A stretch of 64,000 bases of DNA from a bacterium (GTDB lineage Bacteria; Electryoneota; Electryoneia; Electryoneales; Electryoneaceae): positions 832,001 to 896,000 of the forward strand of contig CAXXKJ010000002.1 in the NCBI GenBank assembly GCA_963675295.2, in the 5' to 3' direction. The notes beneath the pieces are model-generated. The model was not told where the DNA came from and did no database searches. It saw nothing but the letters and a program-made list of their open reading frames with translations. A program made the translations under genes and the position numbers. Every line of letters starts with the position of its first letter. Positions within the stretch are counted from its first letter, which is position 1. This document shows, one piece after another, positions 1 to 10,432 of this stretch.

Positions 1-881
1 TCGTTGAAATAGCCGTAGGACATGGACGCGACGTCGCAGTCGTAGTAGTCCCGCGCGGCGATGAAGGAATGTGTCACACCAGCGGAGGTTTCCAGCCCTT
101 CGGCATCGTTTCCGATCTTGAGGAACACCAGCTCTGCCTCGGTCGCCATACCGGCGTAGAGGCCGCCGGACGCGGTCCCGCGTCCGAGCACCGTCCCGGA
201 GACATGGGTGCCGTGCCCGGTGACAGTGTTGCCGACGGTGAAGTTGCTGTCCGGCCATTCGCTGTAGTCGACCGCGTGTACCGGGACCGGAATGTCCGGA
301 TGGTCAACATCGACGCCGGAGTCGAGCACCGCGACACGTACCCCGTTCCCCTGGTTGTACACCGCGCCGTAGGAGGTCACGGCGGCGTTGACACCGTTCA
401 GCTCCCGGGCGATATCGTTCTGCGGCGCGAGCACGTCCTCACCGTTGCCCAGCCGTTTCACGAATGGCAGCAGCGCGAGGTCGTCGATCTCGTTCACCGG
501 CACCCGTGCGAGAAAGAAGCCCGTCGGATGGTTTTCCAGCGGCGGAATCCAGTCGGAGAGGATCAGTTCGGCGCCGGTGGCGGCCATGGCGTCAATTTGT
601 GCCGGGCTGGGATAGGCGTCCAGGTGAACGTAGACCAGGTGGTCGCCCGTTGCACGCGTGGACGCGTCCCCACGGACCAGCCAGCCTTCCACACTGGAAG
701 CCGGCCAGGTTTGATCGGCGAGGCGTTGCTTGGCCACGAGCTGCATTTGCAACGATCCGGACAGCTTCTGCCGGGCTTCAGCGGGCATGTCGGGCAGCGC
801 GAGCTGCGTAGCGGCGAACGACGACACGGCGAACGATACGATCAGCGCGATCACATACATCGAAAACAGCGGGCGACTCAT
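1..881 (-). CDS. Secreted S8 (subtilisin-like) serine protease, N-terminal part; runs off the window edge
   Basis: Not in the ORF track because it has no stop in the window. Manual translation from ATG at 881 gives a signal peptide (MSRPLFSMYVIALIVSFAVSSFAA), then VAVLDSGVD (catalytic Asp) and GHGTHVSG (catalytic His). GAGG lies upstream. Confidence 0.85.
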   Translation of the reverse strand, partial: MSRPLFSMYVIALIVSFAVSSFAATQLALPDMPAEARQKLSGSLQMQLVAKQRLADQTWPASSVEGWLVRGDASTRATGDHLVYVHLDAYPSPAQIDAMAATGAELILSDWIPPLENHPTGFFLARVPVNEIDDLALLPFVKRLGNGEDVLAPQNDIARELNGVNAAVTSYGAVYNQGNGVRVAVLDSGVDVDHPDIPVPVHAVDYSEWPDSNFTVGNTVTGHGTHVSGTVLGRGTASGGLYAGMATEAELVFLKIGNDAEGLETSAGVTHSFIAARDYYDCDVASMSYGYFN

Positions 882-990
882 GAAATCAGTCCTCAGGTTG
901 AACATCGGTGCGGGGGGAACTTCGTAGACCCAAGAGTAAGGTAGCTCAAGATATGGGGTTACTCAAACGCAGGAGGGATGGAAGGTGCAT

Positions 991-1029
991 AACAAACCGG
1001 GGACACGTTGTCATCGACGTGTCCCCGGT
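991..1029 (-). terminator. Intrinsic terminator of the 1084-3981 gene
   Basis: Stem ACCGGGGACACGT...ACGTGTCCCCGGT followed by a T-rich tract on the minus strand. Confidence 0.7.
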
Positions 1030-1043
1030 GGTTCAAGTGTTTA

Positions 1044-1078
1044 ACTCACCACTCATCACTCATTACTCACAACTGTCT
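1044..1078 (-). repeat. Heptamer array (NNTGAGT)x4 preceded by AGACAGT, just after a stop codon
   Basis: Plus strand reads ACTCACC ACTCATC ACTCATT ACTCACA ACTGTCT. Confidence 0.75.
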
Positions 1079-1083
1079 TTCAC

Positions 1084-3981
1084 CTACTTCATCAACACGA
1101 CCTTGCGCATCTCGTTCAGCTTGCCGGGGACATTGGCGTGGACGAAATACACACCACTGGCGAGCGACGCTCCGTCAATCGTGAGACGGTGGTTGCCGGC
1201 CGCGAAGGTGCCATCTGCGATGGTCGCGACCTGCTGACCCATCACGTTGATCACAGTCACCTCGAGCGCAGAGGTTTCCGGCAGTGAGAGGCTAATTGTA
1301 GTGGTCGGGTTGAACGGGTTCGGCGCAATCAATCCGACACGGAACTCGGTCGGCAACGGTTTCGCTGACACCGGTTCATCGGCCGAGAAGTCAAGCACCT
1401 GGTGTTGCCACTCGGTCACGGTTCCTTCGGTGTTGAAGTCATCGCCCTTGTAAAAGAGGAACGAGTCGGTCGCCATGGCGTCCGGGTAGAATCCGACATT
1501 GGCATGAACAACGTAGACACCGTCTGACAACCAGCCGGGAACGGCGTTTTCGATCGATGCGATGTCGATCTCCCGGTACGGCCACATGCTGAAGGTGGCG
1601 GTGCGGTAAGCATGCACCATGCCACCGTTCGGGCCGAGCACGTCGATCCAGTAGTTCAGGTTTTCAATCCAGGAATCGACATTCGACGCGATGTTCAACG
1701 CGTAGAACAAGCTGCCACCATTCGACGGAATCCCAGTTTGCAACGGCGTTGCGTTTACCGTTACATCCGGCAGGTCGTCCGCCTCGGAGATCGTCGCGGT
1801 GAGGTGATGGCCAAAGCCGGTGCTGAAGTCACCGTTCAGGGCGTCCTGCAAATCATAGAACTGGTTGGATTGATGCTGGTTCGGGTTGGTCCGGAAGGGG
1901 AACGGCTGGTAGTACCCATCCATGCCTTCGTCGGTAATCTCCGCCCAGATCCAGAAGTTGCCCGTCAGGTTCTGAAGTTGTGGGAAACCGGAGATGTCGA
2001 AATTGACCATGTACTCACCGGTATAGCCCGGGTCCACGTCGAAGTAGTACGTACCGCTCCAGATCTCGTTTGCCGGAGTCGGACCATCCGGGAAGATGTG
2101 GAAATTCATCGACGCATTGACCGGAGCACCACCCGCCGCGGAGTGGAAGAAGGTGCGGAAGTTGATCATGTCGATGTTGTAGGTCATCCCGGCGAAGAAA
2201 TCCGGGTTGATTTCATCCGGTACGAGGTGGACCACCGGTCCGTCGTTGGCGTCGGTAACAGTCAGCGAGCCGGAGTAACTGCGCGAGTCGCAGCCCATTT
2301 CGAACTGTTCCGGCGGGAGCACGTCAATCTCAACCTGGTAGCTGTCGTTTTCCGGAATCTCATCCTGATACGTGTGGTACGCATCCAGCTGGTTGAACCC
2401 GAGGTCAGCCATCTGCGGCAACCAGATTCCGTCTTGCGGGCTGTCCGGATGCCAGAGGTCGAGGTTCAGCGATTCGCCCGGATCCAGCGAATACGGCCCG
2501 TTTGGCCACAACGGGTATACCGCGCCATTCAGATCCCAGAACGCCATGAATTCGTCGGCCGGATCGGTGGACAGGTTGCTGACGACGATGTCTCCGTCCA
2601 CCGGAATGTCGACCGTGGTCGGGTACGGAATGCCCATGGTGATCGCGACATCGGAGGATAACTGATCCTTGAAGATCAGGATGTCGTCAATCCGGAAGAA
2701 GGAGAAGTCGGGCGGTGTTTCCGGGCAGTGGAAATAAATCCGGAGTTTGACGCCGTCCAAGCCGGCGAGGTTGGTGATGTCCCAGTCCCAGGTGTAGCCG
2801 GAGGTGCTGAACGAGGTCCAGATCCCGTCCGTACCGCCAACGTAGACATAGTTGTTCGCTCCCGGGGCAGCCCACTGCTCGGTGATTGGATTGTAGAGCT
2901 CCGGCCGCCAGTAGAACTCATCGGGGAAGTTGTTGGTGTATTCCAGATCAATGCACATGAACAGGTCAAGCCACAGGCTTTCACCGGGATTGACATCCGG
3001 CAGGTTGAATTCCGGGCTTTCGGCGTACTGGTCCTGCATTTCCAGAAGCTGTTCTTCCACCCCGAGGTAGTGGGTCGGCGAATGGGCATTAGCGGCGTTG
3101 TCAATGATCTGCAACGTGATCGGCAGCCCGCCACTGATCTCGGCGCGGGTCAGGAAGGTTGGATCGCCGCCGATGTTACCGCCGTCCGCATCCTCGAACC
3201 AGACGGTCACATCATCCTGCGCGACTTTCAGGTCATCAACCTGCAAGCCGAACATGTCCGGATTGTTGTTGGAATCGTAGGCCGTGTCCGAACCGAAGGC
3301 GACCGCGACATAGACCGTTGCGTAGCTGGCGTAGTCGTTCAGCAGGAACCGTTCCTCGGTCCACGTTGTGCAGAACGGCTCGGTGCCTTCGCCCGCCCAC
3401 GCGGGGAACGGACCCGGGTCCGGCATGTACAGCTCGAACGCTTCGACGTTTGTTTCAGTGTATTGCGGCGACTGAGCCAGCGGATTAATGATCATACGTT
3501 GGCAGTCTTCCGGCGCGGTCCCGGGTGTGTCGCTGTACATCACCCAGACATTGGCACCGTCCCAATTGCCATCTTCGCAATAGGCACGGAACCAGAAGTT
3601 GAAAATGATCGAATCGGCGTCCACAGACAATGGCAGCGCCGGACTGACCATGAAGTCGAGCCAGTCGTTCTCGTAGCCGCCCATCGGCGGGTTACCGACG
3701 TTCGGATCAAAACATCGCCAGCTGTCGCCGCTCCACGATTCCCAATCATCCGTTGCCCAGTGACTGGCTACGTTCGATGGATCGTAGAATGTCCATCCCG
3801 ATGGATCGGTTTCGAAGTCCTCAAACCAGACATCAACATCATCCGGGACCGGCGTTTCGGGTACGTTGATCCCAGGTACCATCTTCGTGGTTGTACGTTG
3901 CGGAGTGAATTGTACTGGTGAGGCAATGACACCCCCCACGAGCAGCATGGCGAGGAAACTGTAGATCGTCTTGCGTAGCAT
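1084..3981 (-). CDS. Large acidic secreted protein with adhesin/MAM-like domains, an Ig-like domain and a T9SS C-terminal sorting domain; paralog of 37163-39421
   Basis: Likely start MLRKTIYS with signal peptide and GGGGG upstream; WFEDFE..GW motif; C-terminal PNPFNPTT...GQQV...LASGVYFV...KVVLMK. Confidence 0.85.
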   Translation of the reverse strand: MLRKTIYSFLAMLLVGGVIASPVQFTPQRTTTKMVPGINVPETPVPDDVDVWFEDFETDPSGWTFYDPSNVASHWATDDWESWSGDSWRCFDPNVGNPPMGGYENDWLDFMVSPALPLSVDADSIIFNFWFRAYCEDGNWDGANVWVMYSDTPGTAPEDCQRMIINPLAQSPQYTETNVEAFELYMPDPGPFPAWAGEGTEPFCTTWTEERFLLNDYASYATVYVAVAFGSDTAYDSNNNPDMFGLQVDDLKVAQDDVTVWFEDADGGNIGGDPTFLTRAEISGGLPITLQIIDNAANAHSPTHYLGVEEQLLEMQDQYAESPEFNLPDVNPGESLWLDLFMCIDLEYTNNFPDEFYWRPELYNPITEQWAAPGANNYVYVGGTDGIWTSFSTSGYTWDWDITNLAGLDGVKLRIYFHCPETPPDFSFFRIDDILIFKDQLSSDVAITMGIPYPTTVDIPVDGDIVVSNLSTDPADEFMAFWDLNGAVYPLWPNGPYSLDPGESLNLDLWHPDSPQDGIWLPQMADLGFNQLDAYHTYQDEIPENDSYQVEIDVLPPEQFEMGCDSRSYSGSLTVTDANDGPVVHLVPDEINPDFFAGMTYNIDMINFRTFFHSAAGGAPVNASMNFHIFPDGPTPANEIWSGTYYFDVDPGYTGEYMVNFDISGFPQLQNLTGNFWIWAEITDEGMDGYYQPFPFRTNPNQHQSNQFYDLQDALNGDFSTGFGHHLTATISEADDLPDVTVNATPLQTGIPSNGGSLFYALNIASNVDSWIENLNYWIDVLGPNGGMVHAYRTATFSMWPYREIDIASIENAVPGWLSDGVYVVHANVGFYPDAMATDSFLFYKGDDFNTEGTVTEWQHQVLDFSADEPVSAKPLPTEFRVGLIAPNPFNPTTTISLSLPETSALEVTVINVMGQQVATIADGTFAAGNHRLTIDGASLASGVYFVHANVPGKLNEMRKVVLMK

Positions 3982-4223
3982 GTGCACACCCCCGTCTTGT
4001 TTGGTACAGCTGATTAAACCTGGACCCAATAATCCGGCCGCTTGATTGGCCGGTTATGCAAAACTAAGATATCAGTGATTGCGTGTATGTGAATTACAAT
4101 GATGAATCGAAATAACTTTACCTTCGTGAGAGACAAACAAGAAAAATGGACCGGCGTGTTAACACCAGTCCATTTCGTCGATTAGGATAAAAGGCTAAGA
4201 ACTTGTTGAAGTTCGGGGAGCTT

Positions 4224-5264
4224 TCAATACCCAACCCCCATCGGTTTTTCGTCCTCGTCCACATCCACTTTACCGCGAAATACCCAGTAGATCGTGGCGG
4301 TGTAGGCGAGCACCAGCGGCATCCCGATCGCGGCAATGATCAGCATCACCATCAGCGTTTTCTCCGACGATGAAGCGTTCGCCGCGTGGAGGCTGTTGCC
4401 GGCAATGCTGGAGTGGATCATGTCCGGGAACATGCCGATGCCGTACAGGATCATCAGGAAGATGATCGAGAAGCAGCTGGAGAGGAACGCGAACCACTCG
4501 CGGTTGTGGTGGATCTCGCGGGGCACATTGGCGATCGCGAGCACACTCAGCAGCGGCACAACGAACAGCCACGGATGTTGCAGGAAAGGTTCGGCCATGT
4601 GCGGCACGAAGAACAGTGTCGCGAGGGTGGTCAGGACATAGAAGCCGATGAACACCAGAATCGCGGGACGGATCCAGCGCCGGATGAACGCGTTCAGTTC
4701 GCCGCTGGTTTTCAGCACGAGATAGATCGAGCCGTGCATTACGAACAGTGCGACTGCGGTCAGGCCAACCAGCACCGAGTACGGGTTCAATTGCGCGATC
4801 AGGTTGCCGTAGTACTCGTGGTCTTCCGTCAACGGGACACCGATTGCGATGTTGCCGAGCGCGACACCCATGATCAGCGGTGCGAGCACGCTCGATCCGG
4901 CGAATGCGTAGTCCCAGAATTTGCGCCAGGTATCCGAATCTCGTGCAGACCGCACCTCAATTGACACCGCGCGGAAGATGAGCATGAACAGCAGCAGGAT
5001 CAGTGCGAGGTAGAAGCCGGAAAACGCGGTCGCATAGGCCATTGGAAACGCCGCGAACAACGCGCCGCCGCCGGTGATCAGCCAGACTTCGTTCCCGTCC
5101 CAAACCGGGCCGATTGCACGCAGCATGGTTTGCCGGTGGGCGTCATTTTTTGTCAGCAGGAACAGCCCGCCGATGCCGAGGTCGAAGCCGTCCAGGATCG
5201 CATAGCCGGTGAACAGCACGCCGACCAGGATCCACCAGGTCGTTTGCAGCCAGGTGATTTCCAT
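4224..5264 (-). CDS. cydB: Cytochrome bd ubiquinol oxidase subunit II
   Basis: LDGFDLGIG and PVWDGNEVWL motifs; multiple transmembrane helices; stop/start overlap with cydA. Confidence 0.95.
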   Translation of the reverse strand: MEITWLQTTWWILVGVLFTGYAILDGFDLGIGGLFLLTKNDAHRQTMLRAIGPVWDGNEVWLITGGGALFAAFPMAYATAFSGFYLALILLLFMLIFRAVSIEVRSARDSDTWRKFWDYAFAGSSVLAPLIMGVALGNIAIGVPLTEDHEYYGNLIAQLNPYSVLVGLTAVALFVMHGSIYLVLKTSGELNAFIRRWIRPAILVFIGFYVLTTLATLFFVPHMAEPFLQHPWLFVVPLLSVLAIANVPREIHHNREWFAFLSSCFSIIFLMILYGIGMFPDMIHSSIAGNSLHAANASSSEKTLMVMLIIAAIGMPLVLAYTATIYWVFRGKVDVDEDEKPMGVGY

Positions 5265-6616
5265 CAGGCGCGCCTCCCTTCCTTGACATACTGGTCGTAA
5301 GTGCCCGGGCCGGTCTTGATTTTCTTGTCGAGCAAGGCGACAAACATGACGAACAGGCCGAGATACACGATTGTGAACAGGATCAGGCTGGCCATCACCG
5401 CGCTGCCACTGACTGTTGGCGAGATGCCGTCAACCGTCCTCATCAGGCCGTAAACAATCCACGGCTGCCGTCCCACTTCCGCTGCGGCCCAGCCGATCTG
5501 ATTTCCGATCTGCGGCAGCAGCACCGTCAGCACCATGATCCACAGCATCCAGCGCAGCTTGAACAGGTGCCCGGTCCAGGCGAGTATCCCACCCAGCAGT
5601 GACAGGCCGATCAGCGCCATCCCGATCGTAACCATGATGTGGTACATCTGGAACACAGTGTTCACTGGCGGCCACTCGTCCTCGGGGAACGCATTCAGGC
5701 CGGTGACTTCGTAGCCGGTGTCACCAGCGATCAACCAGCTCAGCATGCCGGGGATCGCGAGCGATTTCGTTTGCCGGTTGGCCTCGTCCACCCAGCCGAT
5801 GATCGACAGCGGCGCGTTGGACACCTTGTCCTCGAACTGGCCTTCGAACGCTGCGAGCTTCGCCGGTTGGGTTTCCGCGACGGTGATCGCGCTGCCGTGG
5901 CCGGTGGTCAGCTGGCCGAGGCTGGCGACAATCGCCAGCACGAACGCGATCTTCATCGACGCTTTCGCGAAGTCGGTGTGCCGGTTCTTGATCAGGTAGA
6001 AAGCGCTGACGCTGAGTACGATCCACGCGCCCGCCTGCCACGCACCCATGAACGAGTGCGTCAGCCGGTCCATCGTGCTAGGGTTGAACACGACGGCCCA
6101 GAAGTCGGTGATTTCCGCTCGCGGACCGGTGGGGGTTTCCACGATATGGAAGCCGGTGGGCGTTTGCATCCAGCTGTTGGCGACGATGATCCAGACCGCG
6201 CTGAAGTGTGAGCCGAGCATCACCATCCAGGTCGCGAACCAGTGCCAGCCGGGCCGGACCTTGTCCCAGCCGAACAGGACGATGGCGAGGAAGCCGGATT
6301 CGAGGAAGAAGGCGAACACGCCTTCCGCGGCGAGGGCCGAGCCAAACACATCTCCGACATAGCGCGAATAGTTCGACCAGTTGGTGCCGAATTGGAACTC
6401 CATCACGATGCCGGTCGCCACTCCGACAGCGAACACGAGGCCGAAGATTTTAGTCCAGAACTTCGTCATCTGGAGGTATTCCGGCCGCTTCGTTTTCAGC
6501 CACAACCCTTCCATGATGACAAGTATCAACCCTAGTCCGATGCTGATGGGTGGGTAGATGTAGTGAAATCCCACCGTCAGCGCGAACTGGATTCTCGATA
6601 ACAGGGCAACATCCAT
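5264..6616 (-). CDS. cydA: Cytochrome bd ubiquinol oxidase subunit I (short Q-loop type)
   Basis: SRIQFA..FH, EFQFGTNW, FFLES, QPAKLAAFEG and EVGRQPW motifs. Confidence 0.97.
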   Translation of the reverse strand: MDVALLSRIQFALTVGFHYIYPPISIGLGLILVIMEGLWLKTKRPEYLQMTKFWTKIFGLVFAVGVATGIVMEFQFGTNWSNYSRYVGDVFGSALAAEGVFAFFLESGFLAIVLFGWDKVRPGWHWFATWMVMLGSHFSAVWIIVANSWMQTPTGFHIVETPTGPRAEITDFWAVVFNPSTMDRLTHSFMGAWQAGAWIVLSVSAFYLIKNRHTDFAKASMKIAFVLAIVASLGQLTTGHGSAITVAETQPAKLAAFEGQFEDKVSNAPLSIIGWVDEANRQTKSLAIPGMLSWLIAGDTGYEVTGLNAFPEDEWPPVNTVFQMYHIMVTIGMALIGLSLLGGILAWTGHLFKLRWMLWIMVLTVLLPQIGNQIGWAAAEVGRQPWIVYGLMRTVDGISPTVSGSAVMASLILFTIVYLGLFVMFVALLDKKIKTGPGTYDQYVKEGRRA

Positions 6617-6738
6617 GTGCGTCTCGCCGCTTGGTTTGTGTATGTGATCGTGTGGATGTCAGGGTGTTGTCCGCGCGCGCTGTCCGTGGCTGATCGGGTA
6701 GTGCCCCGCCTCAGAACAATCGAACGTTGGTGCAACCT

Positions 6739-6756
6739 TTGCGAACAGATTCACAA
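6739..6756. promoter_or_regulatory. Putative Rex operator upstream of cydAB
   Basis: TTGCGAA-CAGA-TTCACAA is one mismatch from the Rex consensus TTGTGAA-N4-TTCACAA, about 120 bp upstream of cydA. Confidence 0.7.
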
Positions 6757-7162
6757 AGCCTTATACACGGCACATGTTATCAGCCGTCCGGCGGTCCCAT
6801 GCTGGATGGGGTGGGGGGGCGGACGGACGGACGAACGAGAGTGAAAGTACGGCTGGTTCAATCTCATCTCAAGATCTGACCCGGGCTACCCCTCACGGAG
6901 GGCGACATGGTAACCATGCTCTCCTGGAATCTGGATCGAGCCGGACTTGAAACAGGATTCTAACTCCAATATCATCTTCAACTTGGCATCGAGTATTGGG
7001 AGGAGTTTCTGCTTATTTTTTCTAAAGTTGAGTGTCTGTTGTTGCGGATCGGAAACAATTTGTGAACTGTATTTTTTGCGGAACAACCGTATATTTAGTC
7101 TTGTTGATATGTGAGGTATGCCTCAAGCTGGATTCGGTGATCTTACCTGGATCGGGAGGAAT

Positions 7163-8338
7163 GTGGCTGACGATCCCAGATCTGATGTGTTGGAATTGAG
7201 AAAGTTTGTCGCGCCGGAATTCGTGCATGGTGCCGGTGCGCGGCATTTGCTACCTCAGTACATCCAGAACTTCCGTGCGAAGCATGTGTTGCTGGTGTCG
7301 GATCCCGGTGTTTGTGCGGCTGGTTGGGTTGATCCGTTGGCGGCGGCTTTGCAGCAGGATGGAGTCGAGTTCACGCTTTTCACCGACGTTACCCCGAATC
7401 CAAAGGACTACGAAGTCATTGCGGGTCACGAAGTGTATCTCGAGAACGAATGTGATGCGATTGTCGCGGTGGGTGGCGGAAGCCCGATGGATTGCGCGAA
7501 GGGCATTGGCATCCTGGCGACCAATGGCGGCGACATTCTCGAGTTCGAGGGCGTGGACAACATCGCGCGACCGTTGCCTCCAATGATCTTCATCCCGACG
7601 ACGGCAGGCACGGCGGCGGATGTCTCGCAGTTTGCAATTATAACGGATGTCACGCGTGCGACGAAAATCGCGGTCATCAGCAAGGCGTTGATCCCGGACA
7701 TTTCATTGACCGATCCGGAGACAACGGTCACGATGGGGCCGGAGCTGACGGCGCACGTGGGTATGGATGTGTTGACGCATGCGGTCGAGGCGTTGGGGTC
7801 CAACGCCAGTTCGCCGATCACGGACATGCACGCGCTTGAGGCGGCACGTCTGGTGTTCACACACCTCCGTACCGCGATCGCAGAACCGGAAAATATGATC
7901 GCGCGGGAGGGGATGATGCGTGCCAGCCTGCAGGCGGGACTGGCTTTCTCCAACGCGAGTCTTGGGTTGGTCCACGCCATGGCGCACAGCCTTGGCGGAA
8001 ATAAAGATTTACCGCATGGCGAGTGCAACGCGATCCTGTTGCCGTGGGTGATGCGGTTCAATGTGGAAGCTGCACGGGAGAAATACCTCAAACTTGCCGG
8101 GGTGATTCCCGGGTTGTCGCCATCCTCGACGGAGAATGCGACCCTGAACCGGGTGATTGAGGCAGTAGCCAACTTGCAGCGTGATGTGGGGGCGAACATT
8201 CCGCTGTCGCAAATCGGAGTACAGAAAGGTGATCTAAGGGAGCTGGCGGCGCTTGCGTGCGCGGATCCGTGCGTGGTAACCAACCCGCGGTCACCGTCGG
8301 AATCTGACGTGGAGAAGTTGTTTGAACAAGCCCTCTGA
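7163..8338 (+). CDS. Iron-containing alcohol dehydrogenase-like protein, ErcA-like (probably regulatory)
   Basis: LRKFVAPE N-terminus, GGGSPMD, PTTAGT, HAMAH and LPHG metal ligands. GTG at 7163 follows GGGAGG (the ORF track starts at 7118). Confidence 0.85.
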   Translation: MADDPRSDVLELRKFVAPEFVHGAGARHLLPQYIQNFRAKHVLLVSDPGVCAAGWVDPLAAALQQDGVEFTLFTDVTPNPKDYEVIAGHEVYLENECDAIVAVGGGSPMDCAKGIGILATNGGDILEFEGVDNIARPLPPMIFIPTTAGTAADVSQFAIITDVTRATKIAVISKALIPDISLTDPETTVTMGPELTAHVGMDVLTHAVEALGSNASSPITDMHALEAARLVFTHLRTAIAEPENMIAREGMMRASLQAGLAFSNASLGLVHAMAHSLGGNKDLPHGECNAILLPWVMRFNVEAAREKYLKLAGVIPGLSPSSTENATLNRVIEAVANLQRDVGANIPLSQIGVQKGDLRELAALACADPCVVTNPRSPSESDVEKLFEQAL

Positions 8339-10328
8339 CCGCAATAACGACCCGTCCAAGGAAGATCTGAGAAGGAAAGTACTCGGGCTCGGGGAACGCT
8401 CAATGCACAAGAGCTATTACCCGGCATTGCAGGCTCGAGTCCGTGATCTGGAACGGTTCCGCCGTCTGTTGGACTACACGGACGACGGGATTTTCATGTT
8501 GGAAATGCCCGCCGGGCGGATCATTGACGCCAACGCGGCGGCCTCGGAACTCACCCGTCACTCGATGAAGCAGTTGTTGACCAAGCATTTCGCCGATTTC
8601 TTGCCGGCGGATGATTGGGAACAGCATTTCCTCGGTGCATTTGAATCATCCTCCCACCCGAAGAAGTCGATGTTCATCACCCGGATCGAACCTCTCGGTG
8701 CCAGTGAGTTGTTTGTTGAAGTGTCGGTCAGCTTCGAGAAGTTGGACGACACGCTGTATTCGATCGTCGTCGTGCGTGATGTAACCGAGGCGCTGCAGAC
8801 ACGTGAAAATTTACGGCAACTGGACGAAATCATCCGGCAGAGTCCGTTAATTGTGTTCATCACCGATGCGCAGGGCAATATTCAATATGTCAACCCGGCA
8901 TTCAGCAAGGTGACGCAGTACAAGCCAAGTGATGTTCTGGGTAAGAATCCACGGTTGCTGCAGTCGGGGAAAACGCCGGCGGAAACGTACCGCGATCTGT
9001 GGACCACGATTCTGGACGGGCGTGTATGGCGCGGTGAATTGTGCAACCGCAAGAAAAACGGTGAAGAGTATTGGGAAAGCGTAATCATTTTCCCGTTTCG
9101 TGATCACCAGGGTGAGATCTCGAATTTCGTCGGCATCAAGCAGGATATCACGGATTCGCGGCGGCTGAACGAACACCTGCAGCATCAGCAGAAGATGGAT
9201 GCGGTCGGACGGTTGGCCGGTGGCATTGCGCACGATTTCAACAACCTGCTCACCGTGATCCACGGAAACCTGGACCTGTTGATGGCCCGGGTGGATGATC
9301 GCTTCAGCGACTTCGAAGGCGATCTGATGAAGGGCATTCTGAAGGCGACAGACCAAGCTGCGACGATGACGCAGCAGCTGCTGGCCTTCAGCCGCAAGCA
9401 AGTAATGCGGACGCGGCAGGTGTCGGTCAACGAAGTGTTGCTCGACATGAAGAACATGATCCGCCGTCTGGTACCGGAATCCATTGAATTGGACACGCAG
9501 CTATCGCAGCAGGATCTGTTCTCGCTGGCGGATCCAGGGCAGTTGAACCAGGTGGTGCTGAACCTGGTGATCAACGCGGTCCACGCGATGCCGGAAGGCG
9601 GGAAGCTGACGCTTTCGACATACCTCTACGCTCCGCGCACGGGCAACATCTGTCCGACCTGCAAATTGCCATTTGACAGCGAATATGCGGTGATTCGTGT
9701 GCGGGATACAGGCTCGGGGATCAAACCGGAGATTCAGGACAAGATCTTCGACGCGTTCTTCACGACCAAGGATCACGGCGAGGGGACCGGGCTTGGGTTG
9801 TCGATGGTGTACGGGATTGTGCGTCAGTTCAGCGGTCACGTGAAGTTCAGTTCGGAAATCGGACGTGGCAGCGATTTCGAGATTCTGCTACCGCTGGTCG
9901 ATCCCGATTTTGGCAGGGATGCCGAGGAATTGCAGGATATCCGTGGCGGCCGGGAACACATTCTTGTTGTCGAGGACGAGGGCAGTGTGCGTGATATCGT
10001 GCTGCGCATCCTGAAACGACACGGGTACACGGCGGAAGCGGTCGAATCGGCAATTGTCGCCGGCGAACGGCTTGACATGATGGATACGCTGCCGGACCTG
10101 ATCATCTCGGATATCGTGATGCCGGGCCAGTCGGGGCTGAATTTCCTCGCGCAGTTGCGGAAGACGCATCCGACCGTGCCGACATTGCTCATCTCCGGGT
10201 ATTCACCCGATGTCGACATGATCCAGGAGAGCGGCGCGGCTTTTCTGGCGAAACCGTTCAAGACCCGCGAGCTGCTGGAAAAGGTACGCGAGGTGTTGGA
10301 CAAAGCGACGTCATCCAGTCAGGAATGA
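8322..10328 (+). CDS. PAS-PAS hybrid sensor histidine kinase with receiver domain, ErcS-like
   Basis: N-terminal LGLGERSMHKSYYP, two PAS domains, AHDFNNLL H-box, GTGLGL G-box, C-terminal receiver (ISDIVMP, AKPF); overlaps the Fe-ADH gene. Confidence 0.9.
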   Translation: MNKPSDRNNDPSKEDLRRKVLGLGERSMHKSYYPALQARVRDLERFRRLLDYTDDGIFMLEMPAGRIIDANAAASELTRHSMKQLLTKHFADFLPADDWEQHFLGAFESSSHPKKSMFITRIEPLGASELFVEVSVSFEKLDDTLYSIVVVRDVTEALQTRENLRQLDEIIRQSPLIVFITDAQGNIQYVNPAFSKVTQYKPSDVLGKNPRLLQSGKTPAETYRDLWTTILDGRVWRGELCNRKKNGEEYWESVIIFPFRDHQGEISNFVGIKQDITDSRRLNEHLQHQQKMDAVGRLAGGIAHDFNNLLTVIHGNLDLLMARVDDRFSDFEGDLMKGILKATDQAATMTQQLLAFSRKQVMRTRQVSVNEVLLDMKNMIRRLVPESIELDTQLSQQDLFSLADPGQLNQVVLNLVINAVHAMPEGGKLTLSTYLYAPRTGNICPTCKLPFDSEYAVIRVRDTGSGIKPEIQDKIFDAFFTTKDHGEGTGLGLSMVYGIVRQFSGHVKFSSEIGRGSDFEILLPLVDPDFGRDAEELQDIRGGREHILVVEDEGSVRDIVLRILKRHGYTAEAVESAIVAGERLDMMDTLPDLIISDIVMPGQSGLNFLAQLRKTHPTVPTLLISGYSPDVDMIQESGAAFLAKPFKTRELLEKVREVLDKATSSSQE

Positions 10329-10432
10329 GCTTGTCAAGAAGATCTCGTCGACGATGCGATCCCGGATTTGCCTGTCCGGGGTTCGCGGTCCCATACTCCC
10401 GCGTTGAGTAAACACAAACCTGCAAGCGATCC

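Noticed and set aside
69-944. 291-aa plus-strand ORF
   Set aside because: Antisense shadow of the minus-strand S8 protease, which carries the catalytic motifs
7059-7077. Second Rex site upstream of the Fe-ADH gene
   Set aside because: Only the TTGTGAA half-site is present; the other half does not match
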